From: Octopus vulgaris
Lineage: Eukaryota
Assembly: GCA_951406725.2 (NCBI GenBank)
Contig: OX597832.1
Location: 60,264,001 to 60,328,000 of the forward strand
Direction: 5' to 3'
DNA: 64,000 nucleotides
Made by a program: the position numbers and the translations under genes. Shown one piece after another: positions 31,179 through 43,991 of this stretch (position 1 is its first letter; the number at the start of each line of letters is the position of its first letter). The notes under the pieces were generated by a model that was not told the origin of the DNA, did not search any database, and saw only the letters and a list, made by a program, of their open reading frames with translations.

Positions 31179-31192
31179 ATGTACGTATTCGT

Positions 31193-31490
31193 AGGCCTGA
31201 CTACGAGCGTAGCTCAATGGTTAGAGTACTCAGCTCCTGATCGTAAGTTCGATTCTCAGCGACGCGTTGCGTCCTTGAACAAGATTCTCTATTTCATGTT
31301 GTTCCAGTTCGTTCAGATGGCAAAAATGAGTACAACCTGTACATCAAAGGTCCCACCATGTCACATTTTCTGCCTCATCGAACCTCCATGAGAACCACGT
31401 TATGCACACCCGTTTCTGTGGACCGCTCAGGTTCCGTTGATCCGATCAACCGGAAGACTCATCGTCGTAACCGACGGAGTACCAGTTTAT
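31193..31490 (+). mobile_element. SINE family C, degenerate
   Basis: gcgtagctcaatggttagag A box, gttcgattc B box, gtccttgaacaaga segment; homologous to 5970-6265. Confidence 0.7.
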
Positions 31491-32114
31491 TTTGCTTGCT
31501 TGTTTTTGTGAGATAGTGTGCTCTCCTTATACCGGTGTATTTATATATCTCTATGTACTCCGTGTCAACATTCAGGCAATAAAAACAACAGCGCAAAGTT
31601 GATAAGTTACGACGTGCCTATTTACATTTCGACTGTATTTGTTCTTCCGTAAAAGAAACCGTTGTTTTCGAGTGAGGTCATTCAGTGCTGAATTGACTTT
31701 CTAAATCTTCTACTATCCAAAGAATTGTCTGCTGTATTAAGAAAGAAGGAAAGAGGGTTCGTTGGTGAGAGGAAAAGCTTAATTCTTTATTCAATGCACT
31801 CAGCGAAAAATATTTCATCGGGACAATAGGCGCCCTCTACGCCGTACATTTTTCTACCCATTGTTTACAGGTTTTGTGACATTAACAATGGCAGGCTTTT
31901 TTTTTTTTTGGTCTTTGTTTTTTTTTTCTTTTATTTATTCCGCACAAAACCAAACCAAAGCAGATTCCATCCACGTTTAAACGTCAGCACGTTGTTATCG
32001 TTTTATACAATTATTTCTTCTTTTACCACCACTACGACTGCGACCACCACTCCGACTGCGACCACCACTACCAACATCACTCCTACAACTAATAATAACA
32101 ACAACAACAACAAC

Positions 32115-32174
<60 letters not shown>

Positions 32175-32234
32175 AATAATAATAATAATAATGATAATAA
32201 TAATAATAATAATAATAATAATATGGATAATAAT

Positions 32235-32650
32235 GATTTCTTTATTAATCACATGGGTTTACATGAAGAAAAACATGTATAGCGCATAAAAAATGTGTGT
32301 GTGCGCGTGAGTATGTGTAGTTGTAAGGGTTTTACAAGACTGATAAAATAAAAATAAAAAATGGAAGATCAACAACGTGTAATCTTCAGTAGGGAGAAGA
32401 CGTTCGAGGGCCGCTCATGGAAAACCCCCATAAAAACCATGGGTACTCTGACTTTTGGGGCAGGTGCTTTTTTTGTTTCCTTTTCTCTTTTCAACTACAG
32501 GTCTATGCTCAGGGCAGGCCCGTTCACTCGGACCATTCTCACCTCTTTCATCCATCTTTCAGTAAACTAGCTAGAAGACAACACTTTCTTCTCTACCCTT
32601 ATTTTCCTTTTCAAGTGAAACTTGAAGAAGTTCACCAGGGATTGGCCGAA
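32235..32650 (-). mobile_element. Tx1/L1-clade LINE 3' end remnant
   Basis: Manual translation GQSLVNFFKFHLKRKIRVEKKVLSSS*FTERWMKEVRMVRVNG, paralogous to the C-terminus at 62360-62520. Confidence 0.65.
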
Positions 32651-32654
32651 TAAT

Positions 32655-33100
32655 CCTCTCTACTAAAGGCACAAGTCATGAAGCTTTGGGAGCGGCGGGG
32701 GTAAGTAGTTTTTCACTGGTACTTAATTTATCGACCCCGAAAGGATGAAAGGCAAATCGACCTCGGTGGAATTTGAACTCAGAACATAGCGGCAGACAAA
32801 ATACCACTCAGCATTTCGCCCGGTGTGCTAACGATTCTGCCAGCACGCCGCCTTAATGATGATAATATGTATTTATTTATTGCCCACAGGGGGCTAAACA
32901 TAGAGGGGACACACAAGGACAGACAAACGGATTAAATCGATTATATCGACCCCAGTGCGTAACTGGTACTTATTTAATCGACCCGAAAGGATGAAAGGCA
33001 AAGTCAACCACGCGGAATTTGAACTCGGAACGTAGCAGCAGACGAAATACCGCAAAGCATTTCGCCCGGCGTGCTAACGATTCTGCCAGCACGCCGCCTT
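32655..33100 (-). mobile_element. Two tandem SINE family B copies with different tails
   Basis: Both end in ctgccagcacgccgccttaatga on plus (32818-32859 and 33083-33105). Confidence 0.85.
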
Positions 33101-33224
33101 AATGAGGATGATAATGGCTTCCGTTATTTGCTACAAGGGCCGAAAATATTTAAGCAAAGACAACAATAATAATAATAATAATTTTTAATATATTATAATT
33201 ATAATAATAATGATTTTTTAAATA

Positions 33225-33855
33225 TATTTGCCACCCTCGCGACGGATGAGGGAGACAATACAGCAAAAAGGCATAAAATGTGAGGATTTACATACAATGA
33301 AATGATGTATAAATAATAGAAATTATACATGGAATACAATAAAACGGAAAGAAAGTATACATAATATACATCATTTAAGAGAAGTGTGGATGAAGATGAT
33401 CTGATCCTCCTGACATAGGAGGATCTCCTAGGGACAATCGTGGAACCTTACCAGTCAAGATCTCTTTAAAGATCAAGGACAAGTGCCTTCTCCTACTCCT
33501 TTTCTCCGACTGACAGGACTACACTGGGGGCGGTGCCATCCACTCTTACCATTTTCGCAACTTTCACCCACCTTTCAATGAATGCCTCTCGAGGACAGCA
33601 CCTCCTTCCTCGCCTTCACTTTCCTTTTCCAAGTGAAACCTGAAAACGTTGATGGGGGTTCTACCAGAGGGAAATATCTCTGTCCGCATGCTTTTCAACC
33701 CCGTCCACTAGACAACGTTTTTCGCCATAGCCACCAGGCATAGAAAAGCTGCCTTACCTGTCCGAATAAAAAAAGGCGAGCAGTCACCACTATGGACTCG
33801 GCTAACAGATGGATCCGACATACATGCGACATCAGCTGCCCGACGGAGTACCAGT
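33225..33855 (-). mobile_element. Tx1/L1-clade LINE 3' remnant, degenerate
   Basis: LAESIV...GKAAFLCLVAMAKNVV*WT...FRFHL, paralogous to LSAESIL...GKAVFIVLVAMVKECV*WT at 62540-62660. Confidence 0.65.
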
Positions 33856-34467
33856 TACTTAGTCAACATTCTGTTCAGCTTCTTGAAAATGTCTTCACGC
33901 CTAGTTCTTCCATGCATGTAACTAGTTATTCCGTTACTTCAGTGTAAGCATTAATTCCTTGAATAAACACTAGCAGCACCAAATTGTCACAGACATCTGT
34001 TGATTCATCAAGAACCAGAGAAATTCGCTGGAAATCATGTGCTGTATTAATTGGCACAGGATGTTGTCTCCCGTGTTTTCGTCTCCGCCACTTAATAACA
34101 TTTTAGCAGACAAGTTTAATATTCTTCATTAAATCTGTTTTTTCTTTGCATACTTCTTCAGATGTTTCAATCTCACAAGTTTTAATTAATTCGCCGACAG
34201 TAAATAGCTGAACTTCTTTACCAGTTTATCAGTTCACTTGTTTCACTCATTAGACTGCGACCATACTGGAGTACCGCGCTTGAAGGGTTTTGTAGAAACA
34301 AATTCACTCCAGTATTTTGCTAAAGTGTGATACTTATTCTGTTAGTCTCTTTTTCCGAACCGCTAAGTTAAAGAACTCTAAGGAAACCAACATCGTTTAC
34401 AAACAGTGAGAGAGGAACCTACGAAAATACAAAGAAACACAAACACATGCATTGGCATACATATACA

Positions 34468-34511
<44 letters not shown>

Positions 34512-34548
34512 ACATATATGTATATATATATATATATACATACATACA

Positions 34549-34580
<32 letters not shown>

Positions 34581-34999
34581 CAGCATTATATATATGTATA
34601 TATATAGTATTATATATATATATATACATGTATGTATATTTATATATATATACGTATGTGTGTGTCATACATCAACACACATACACACATTTTTTTTATC
34701 TTGAGCGGTTTAGTCGAACCAATCGACCAGAGCACTTGCATTGTAAAAACCTAATACTTATTCTATTGCCGAACCACGACCTTTCTTGCCGAACCACTAA
34801 GTTACAGAGACGTATGCAAAGCAACACCGGTTGTGAAGAGGCAACAGGGACAAACACCACGCAGTTCCAAAGACACGCAAAGTATTATAGCATAACATAA
34901 AAGCAAACATTAATGCAATATTTTCATAGCGTGAAAAATACAACCGGTTTCAACTTGCAGCGTTGATCATAAATAAGGTTTATCTATCCTTGTATTTTT

Positions 35000-35203
35000 A
35001 TTCTTTTACTTGTTTCGGTCATTGGACTGCAGCAATACTGGAGCAACATCTTAAAGGGTTTTAGTCGAAGAAATCGATCCCAGGACTTATTCTTTGTAAG
35101 ACTAGAACCTACTCTATAGGTCCTTTTTGTCGAACCACTAAGTTACGGGGACATAAATATACCAACATCAAGCGATGGTGAGGAGACAAACACAGACGCA
35201 AAG

Positions 35204-35294
<91 letters not shown>

Positions 35295-35475
35295 CGCTGT
35301 GGTTTTCGTTCCGTTTTCGTCTATCAAATATAACCACAAAGACACTTGCCCAAGGTGTAACGCAGTGGGACTGACTCCGGAACCATGTGGTTGGGAACCA
35401 TGTGGTTGGGAACCATGTGGTTGGGAACCATGTGGTTGGGAACCAAGCTTCTTACTACACAGCCACAACTGCGAA
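35000..35475 (-). mobile_element. SINE family A with internal 15-bp tandem amplification
   Basis: (ggaaccatgtggttg)x4 at 35379-35438 inside the tRNA-like head. Confidence 0.8.
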
Positions 35476-35764
35476 AAATAAATTGTACATAAAGTATTGC
35501 AAACGATTTTGTGCTTATGAAGTCAAATATGAGATTGTACAAAAGCTTTCGTAATCATTTTCGTAATCGACACAATCTTGCGTTTTACTCAGCTTAAATA
35601 TGTCTCGTTAGTCAAGACAGCAGAAAATGTGAGTTGACAAACGGTCGATTTAATTATGTGCAAATCCTGAAAAGGAACTGCAGAATGCTTATGAATGGAC
35701 AGCTGCACCAACTGTCAAGTGTCGAATGAAAAAGACACTTGTGCTTCGTGTGTGTGTGTGTGTT

Positions 35765-35823
<59 letters not shown>

Positions 35824-35839
35824 ATTCAATATGTGATCG

Positions 35840-36212
35840 TGTGTGTATCGTTGACGATTTTTTCCTTTCGTCTTCCCTTCCTTGGATCTTTCCTTTTCTT
35901 ATGTTTCTGACGAAGAGCTCTGCTCAAAACGTTACATCCTCCTTCTTCTTTTCCTTCCTGAGCGTCCAATAATACTATACTTGTTCCACGTCCTCGCGTT
36001 GTTGTGTTTTCTCTTTGTGTTTTCATGTTTGGATTATTTTTTTCTCTCCTTGTTTCTCTCCTTGTTTTTTTCTGCGTATCTTTCTGTCGAAGAGCGTAGG
36101 CTCGAAACGTAAAATACTTTTTCTATTTCTATTCCTGAGCGTTATACTAATACATTTGTTTGTTTGTACTCCACCTGCCTTCGTCTTTTGTTTATTTTCG
36201 TAAATTTTCCCG

Positions 36213-36215
<3 letters not shown>
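35840..36215 (+). mobile_element. Two tandem Penelope-like terminal remnants, each with a minimal hammerhead-like motif
   Basis: CTGACGA-a-gagc..gctc-aAAAC-GTT at 35907 and CTGTCGA-a-gagc(gtag)gctc-GAAAC-GTA at 36084; both followed by ttcctgagcgt..taatac. Confidence 0.6.
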
Positions 36216-36268
<53 letters not shown>

Positions 36269-37660
36269 GCTATGAAGGTCCCCCATTGGTCTTTTTAGAA
36301 CCGATATATAAACTGAAAACGCTACCTGTTGCAACGTTATTGATGAAGACATCGGTACAAGCCGAAGGGTATGACACGTTTCAGCGTTGCTGAATCGACG
36401 CTGACTTATCTGACAGTAGGCATTTTAAGATTCCTTTTGTTTTCACATGTCTCTTGTTCTCTCCCCAATCACTTTCATCCTCTCTATCTCCCTTTCTCTT
36501 TCACTCTCTCTCTCTCTCTTTATGTTTATACATGTGGGTATCTAATTATGTTTATATGCATGTGTAATGTCTATTCCTCTACCTCCTCCTCTTCCCCTTC
36601 TCCCCCTCCTCTGCCTCTTCCTCTCCTATACATCCACCCGTATAACTGATACACACACAGCTGATATATACTGCTGACACATACACCCGCGTATTCGCGC
36701 ACGTAGGTACTCACACATGGCTGACATACACCCGCATTTATATGTACATCCACTCTAACAAACGACCAAAGAGTTGATGCCATCACCTCTCACCCACACG
36801 CCAACTTACACACATGCGCAGCCCACCGCACACACGTGTCAGACACCCACATCTATGCATTCGTACATCTTGTCTATACACACACACACACACTCGTCTG
36901 CAAATCTCTTCAAAGCCGCCACCCGTTTCCAGTCCAGCCACGCGGTCCAAGAAAATCTGGTGTCGTTGGAATGTCGATCTCACTTCTAGCAACACTATAT
37001 GATCCGCCTTGACCAAGTGCAGCCTACTTTCCGGCAACAATCTTGGATTTCCTTCATCGTTTCCATTCGGCCCATCGAGCTGGATTCTTGTGAGAAACCT
37101 AAGAAACCTGAATTCGCATGGGACCGAATCAAACTGCTTTAAATGATAATAAATGCAACACCTAAGAAATATGTTGAGAGTCACTTTCTTTCGTTTGTCC
37201 ACTCCTCCGTGAATGTATATATATATATATATTACATGTGCTACGTCCTCACGTTGTTGTTTTTTCTTCTTTTTTTCGTTTTTTTAATTAATTATGTGTG
37301 TGTGCGTGTATGTGTGTGTGGCTGTCTGTCTGTATAAAGTAACATACTAAGAAAAAGTATTCCTTGAAAGGGGTGTGTAAAACATCCAATTATTGATACG
37401 TCAGTTGGATACCACATAAATATAGGTGTAATGCAAAATTGCAACCAATAAATTAAATGGAGAGATACAATTAACAATACAATACTTTATTTATATTGTA
37501 ATATAACATAATATACAAGTTACGGAGATGTACTTGCATAGCAAGTGATTTGATCTGAAATCGTGTGCTGAAACGAAAATAATTGCAGCGTGGAAGGTGT
37601 TTGTAAGCCATTTAAGAAACACATAAAAGTTGTTCGATTCACTTCAACATTTAAGTTTAA

Positions 37661-37711
37661 TTTGTCAAAATATTTTCGTTGCTTTAAGACCGCGACTTGT
37701 TCACTGACAAA
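37661..37711 (-). ncRNA. Hammerhead-ribozyme-like motif with G3-C8 swapped core
   Basis: tttgtca-GTGAACA-a-gtcgc(ggtcttaaa)gcaac-GAAA-atat-TT-tgacaaa: 7-bp stem I, 5-bp stem II with one mismatch, palindromic stem III. Confidence 0.55.
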
Positions 37712-38020
37712 AATCCGTGCTAATATAACATAACGTTTAAAAAATCATTAAAAATCCGTAAAAGCCAACAATTTTTTTCGACTTATATAAACAAATGAAT
37801 TGTTTATATATCAAAAACTGTATATAAGGCGAAACAAGTTGTTGGGTTTTACGGTTTTTTAATGAATGTTTATATTATATTATATCATATTCATTGTATA
37901 TAATGTTATGTTATAACATAAATAAATTATCGGATTGACAATAGTATATCTCTATTTAATTTATTGTTTATATATATATATATTTGGAAGAGGACGCGTG
38001 GCGTTGGATCATATAATAAC

Positions 38021-38432
38021 AATTTAATAAATAAAACATATGCATACATATATACATCTATATGTATATATACATGCATATATGCGTACAGGACACCACA
38101 AAAAAACGTAGAACACAGCGAGAAACGAAAACATATAAACAAAACATGGAAACGGACTTTTTTTAACAACGAAAAAACAGAGTACAAGACATACAACACA
38201 AGGAACATTCCCCTTCTTCAGCTGCCCCGTTCCTTGTGTTGTATGTCTTGTACTCTGTTTTTTCGTTGTTTAAAAAAGTCCGTTTCCATGTTTTGTTTTT
38301 ATGTTTTCGTTTCTCGCTGTGTTCTACGTTTTTTTGTGGTGTCCTGTACCCATATATGCTTGTATATATACATATAGTTGTAGGTATGTACATATATGTA
38401 TGTATGTATGCATATGTTTTATTTATTAAATT
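38021..38432. repeat. Long inverted repeat (arms 38021-38206 and 38229-38432, 22-bp spacer)
   Basis: Near-perfect reverse complementarity over about 185 bp. Confidence 0.92.
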
Positions 38433-38622
38433 ATTATATATATATATATATATATATATATCAATCCCGATGCGTTTTTCATTTTCTTTTTTCTCTGTAC
38501 ATTTTTTTCTTCTCCTCCCTATCAGTAAAGAGCACAGGCTCGAAACGTCAAAGACGTTACTAATTTTCCCGAGCGTTAAATACACCTGTCTCTCTTCCGT
38601 CACATATCTCTAAATTTCAACT

Positions 38623-38683
<61 letters not shown>

Positions 38684-39825
38684 GTAATGAGCGATGATTG
38701 TATGCGTGTATATATATTTATATACGTACTGAACTGAGAATGAATAAAATATTTGAGTTTTCCTTTAGAATTAAGTCTCAGACATAAGATAACAGTTTGG
38801 TTTTGACTGAGATCTTTTCTGTTCCTTTTTCTTTTTTTCTTAGGGTATGGTGGTGGTGGTGGGGGGGTCAGAGCTGTGTTTTAGATTCTGTGAAAGGTTG
38901 TGAAGCCTGGTATTTCTCTTCGGATTTGTTTGTGTTTCTTGTTCCAATTCATGTTCTTTCTTATATCTTGCGCTTTAGTTATAGTTGCTACCCGGCTTTC
39001 CACTTTCGAAATGACACCCGCCTACCCCATCCACACATAATGTATATGTAAATTTCATTGAATTTTTCTTCTTTTTTTTTTCTTTTGTTAATCGAAGTGG
39101 TTTGACCTTTATTCGGGTGATGTTATCGTCGTTGTTCTCGTCTTCATCATCATCATCATCACTACCACCATAATCATCATTATCATTCTATACGTCTATA
39201 TCATGCATATTTAGCTTTCAGTTTTTGTTCGTTTTGCTTTTTGTTTATTTTTTGTTTTCATTTCTTTATCAGCTTTTTTTCTCATTCGATTGTTCCCTTT
39301 AAACCGCTAATCAAGCATTTTGAATATATGTTTCTGACTGTCCCCTTTGTTCCTCATTCTTTCGGGGGTCAATAAAAACAAGTACCAGTCAAATAACGGG
39401 GTAGATATTATCGACTAACCCCCACCCCCTAGCCTCAAAGCAGTTAACATTGGGCAAACATTTGAAGCCATTTTTATTGTTGTTGTTGTTGTTGCTGTTA
39501 TGCAACTGGTAAAATCATCAGAGCGTCGGACCAAATCACCCCTCAACATTTATTCCGGTTCTTTACGTTCTGAGTTCAAATTCCAGTGGGTTCGGCTTTG
39601 ACTTCCATCCTTTTTTTTGAAGTCGATAGAATGAAATATCAGTTGAGCACTGAAGGGAGGAAGGGTCCACTTAATCAACTGACTTCCAACTCCTGAAATT
39701 GCAGGTTTTGCGTGCCAAAATTTAAGACCATCACCATCATCATCATCATCATCATCATCAGTCGTTGTCTTCGATGTCGTCGTTGTGGCCATTACAGATT
39801 TCACTTGCTCAAAAATTTTGAAGAC

Positions 39826-39866
<41 letters not shown>

Positions 39867-39905
39867 GTCGTCGTCGTTATCGTCACTGTCATCATCGTCG
39901 TCTTC

Positions 39906-39956
<51 letters not shown>

Positions 39957-40139
39957 GTCGTCGTCGTCGTCGTCGTCGTTATCGTCACTGTCATCATCGT
40001 CGTCGTCTTCATCATCATCATTATCATCATCATCATCATCATCATCGTCATCATCATCATGGCCGTCATCATTATCGTATATTCTTATGGTGTCAAATAG
40101 TATTGAGTTAGTAGATGGTAGTTCGTGACCCTGCATTTG

Positions 40140-41500
40140 CGCATGTGTGTGCCTGCGTTTATGTACGTGTGAATGCATGTATGTATGTGTGTATAAGTAT
40201 GTATGTGTATGTATGTATGTGTGTATAAGTATGTATGTGTGTATCTTTATGTATTTATGTTATGCATGTGTGCATGTATATATGTATGTACGTATGTATG
40301 TACGTGTGTATGTATGTGTATGTATATATGTGTATGCATGCGTGTGAATATATGTATGTATTCTATGTATGTGTGTATGTATGTGTGTATGTATGTATGT
40401 ACGTACGCATGTATGTGTGTGTGAATGTATGTATGTGTGTGTGAATGTATGTATGTGTGAATGTATATATGTATGTATGTACGTACGTGTGTATGTATGT
40501 GTATGTATATATGTGTTTGTATGTGTGTGAATGTATGTATGTATGTCTATGTATGTATATGTATGTATGTGTATGTATGTGTATGTATGTGTTTATCTAA
40601 GTATGTACGTATATGTATGTATGTGTATGTATGTGTTTATCTACGTATGTACGTATATGTATGTATGTGTATGTATGTACGCATGCATGTGTGTGTGAAT
40701 GTATGTATGTATGTAAGTATGTATTATTGTATGTATGCATGCATGTATGTATGTATGCATGTATGTATGTATGTATGTATGTATGCATGCATGTATGTAT
40801 GTATGCATGTATGTATGTATGTATGTATGTATGTATGTATGTATGTATGTATGTATGTATGTATGTACGTAAGTATGTATGTATGTACGTATGTACATGT
40901 TCTAGGTTCGGGTGTGAATATCGGGTCTTTGTGTTTATGTACGTGAAGGAGCCAAGACGAGGTATTGAGATGTGTGAAAGATTATATCAATATGTGGTTG
41001 TGTGTGTCAATTTGTGTGTGATTATATGTGTGAGTATGTGTGCGTATGTATGTTTGTGTGTATGTATGTAGGTCCATGTAAAAATATAACATTGTACGTG
41101 CGTTCACGAGTGCGTGTGTCCGTATTTATGTATGTGTATATGTGAACGGGAGCCTGCACGCGGTGTGTATTTGTAACTTCGCGCGTATTTGTGCGCATGT
41201 GCGTGCATGTGAGTGTGTGCGTGTGTGCATACGTGAACATGTGCCCTTGAGCATGTGTGCGTGTGTGTGCATACGTGAAAGTATGCATGCGTGTGTGCGT
41301 ACGTGAGCATGTGCCCTTGTGTATGTGTGCGTGTGTGTGTGTGTGCATACGTGAATGTATGCATGCGTGTGTGTGTGTGTGCGTGAGCACGTTTTCGTGC
41401 GTGTCTGCGTTTGTGTATGTGGGTGCATGAATGTATGTGTGTGTGTGTGTATGCGTGCGTGCGTGCGTGCGTCAGTGTGCATGCGTGTGTGTGAATATTT
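40140..41500. repeat. Degenerate (TATG)n/(TG)n satellite with a local higher-order unit of about 70 bp (41228-41385)
   Basis: catacgtgaacatgtgcccttg...catacgtgaaagtatgcatgcg occurs twice. Confidence 0.8.
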
Positions 41501-41680
41501 AATATTTCCTGTTGTTGAAGTCAGAAGAGACATGCGTGCATTCTAATGGACTTTTGGTGTTCGTCAAAGAGAGAATTGACGTGACTACAGCTTCAACATC
41601 ACCAGCTCACCATCACATCGCCATCACCACAAACACATGTACAGATGCAGTCATATATACATGTGCAGCTATAATAAAAC

Positions 41681-41784
<104 letters not shown>

Positions 41785-41877
41785 TGTATGTATAAATGAG
41801 TTTGGGTGTATAGATTGATGGATGGATTGATGGATGTATATGTGTGTTTATATATATATATATCACATATATTTGTA

Positions 41878-41924
<47 letters not shown>

Positions 41925-41931
41925 TATACAC

Positions 41932-41978
<47 letters not shown>

Positions 41979-42474
41979 GATAGCGTGAGAGAGAAAGAGA
42001 GAGAACCTATGCTCTAACACAACTGTCAAATGTTAACGATGGTGATGATGGCTATGACCACGACCACGACCACAATAATGCGTAGCGATATTTGTTGAAA
42101 TTCCTTGCACTCTGAGATCAAATCCAGCTGCGGTCAATTCTTTTAATGGTTTTGCAGCAGTTAAAAATATATATATCATGGCACCAATCCACCTGCAGAT
42201 TGCAAACCGGGAGGAATTTACAAACGTTAGAATGGATATCTTGCACAACCTTGTCGAACCCTTTTCAGATTAAACCCCACTAAGCACTCTACTTGCAAAG
42301 GTGTTTTAACCGGCTACCACCCGGATTAACTTCTCTGCCTGGTACTTTGGCTGTCTTTAGTGGGTCATTCGGATCAGAGTTCCTATTCAGAGATTCCTGC
42401 ACCTCCCTCTTTTCCAAGACCTGGAAGACCAGCAATAGGTCAATAAAATCCATGAATGTATATATACATGAATA

Positions 42475-42660
42475 TATTCTTTTATTTGTTTCCGTCATTT
42501 GACTGTGGCCATGCTGGAGCATCACCTTAAGTCGAACAAATCGATCCCAGGACTTATTCTTTGTAAGCCTAGTACTTATTCAATCGGTCACTCTTGCCGA
42601 AGTTACGGGAAAGTAAACACACCAGCATCGGTTGTCAAGCGATGATAGGAATACAAACAC
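42475..42660 (-). mobile_element. SINE family A 3' half
   Basis: gtcatttgactgtggccatgctggagcatcacc...caccagcatcggttgtcaagcgatg. Confidence 0.8.
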
Positions 42661-42684
42661 ACACACACACGCGCGCACGAACGT

Positions 42685-42759
<75 letters not shown>

Positions 42760-42991
42760 TGCATATATATATAAATACATAGATAGATAGATATATATAC
42801 ACGTATTACTAGTGTAAATATGCATACGTAAAGGCATATGCTTGCCCACATCTACACACATGTTACTACATACACACATACACATCAATGTAAACAAAGG
42901 TACGTGTTCTTAGCGATATAGCCACATTCTTACACATAACTACATCAGTAAATACAATACATAGACACGGATACACACGGACATACATGCG

Positions 42992-43092
<101 letters not shown>

Positions 43093-43418
43093 GACCCTAC
43101 TTTCAAAACTGCACTGTAAATCGCCCAGGGGATATTTCGACCAAAGATAATTGATTACTGTTCGGTTCCTATTTTCCTACCAGACAAATTAAGGCGTTAT
43201 TTTGCAGAGATGCAATCACGCAACCTTGTTAACCACCATTTAACTAGTTTTCGGTACATTTTCTCCATGGCGTGGGGTGTGTGGGGTATGTTAGAGCGAT
43301 TATTAAGACATTTAGACTGAAAAGAGAAAGGAAAAACAACACGCTTGAGTTTAGAGCCAGTGTGTACATACACATATGCATACACATTAATAGTTGTGTA
43401 TATCTATCTATAAATATA

Positions 43419-43450
<32 letters not shown>

Positions 43451-43488
43451 TGTGTGTGTATGTGTATATATGTGTGTGTGTGTGTATA

Positions 43489-43825
43489 GGCACAGGCGTG
43501 ACTGTGTAGGAAGAAGCTTGCTTCGCAACCACATGGTTCTGAGTTCAGTTCCACTTAGCAAATGCCTTCTACTCTATATAATTCTCTTTGTGTGCGTGTG
43601 CGTTAGTCTGTGTTTTTGTCCCCCACTCCCGCCATAACCATCGCTTAACAACCGATGCTGGTGTACTTATGTCCCCATAAACTAGTGGTTCGGCAAAAGA
43701 GGTTGATAGAATATATACTAGGCTTACAGAGAATAAGTCCAGTGGTCGAATTATTCGACTAAAATTTCTCAAGTCGGTGCTCCATGGCCGCAGTCAAATG
43801 AATGAAACAAGTAAAAGGATAAAAT
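43489..43825 (+). mobile_element. SINE family A, older copy with internal deletion
   Basis: ggcacaggcgtgactgtgtagg...ggttctgagttcagttcc head; gccgcagtcaaatgaatgaaacaagtaaaag tail. Confidence 0.8.
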
Positions 43826-43991
43826 AATATATATATATACATATATATATATATAATTAGAGGGTATGTTAACCTCACGAAAGGATGGTTGTATCCAAGA
43901 AAATACTGGTTTAATGCCTAATCTTCTGGGAGAATGAAATTCCCTTAAAACAGTAGGTAATATGAAGTGTATAGTTTATATCAATTTAAAA

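Noticed and set aside
35379-35445. CRISPR-like repeat
   Set aside because: No spacers, eukaryotic context, lies within a SINE.
36985-37075. Minus-strand peptide MKEIQDCCRKVGCTWSRRII*, reminiscent of an insulin/relaxin A chain
   Set aside because: Lacks the final cysteine and a dibasic cleavage site; no B-chain exon seen.
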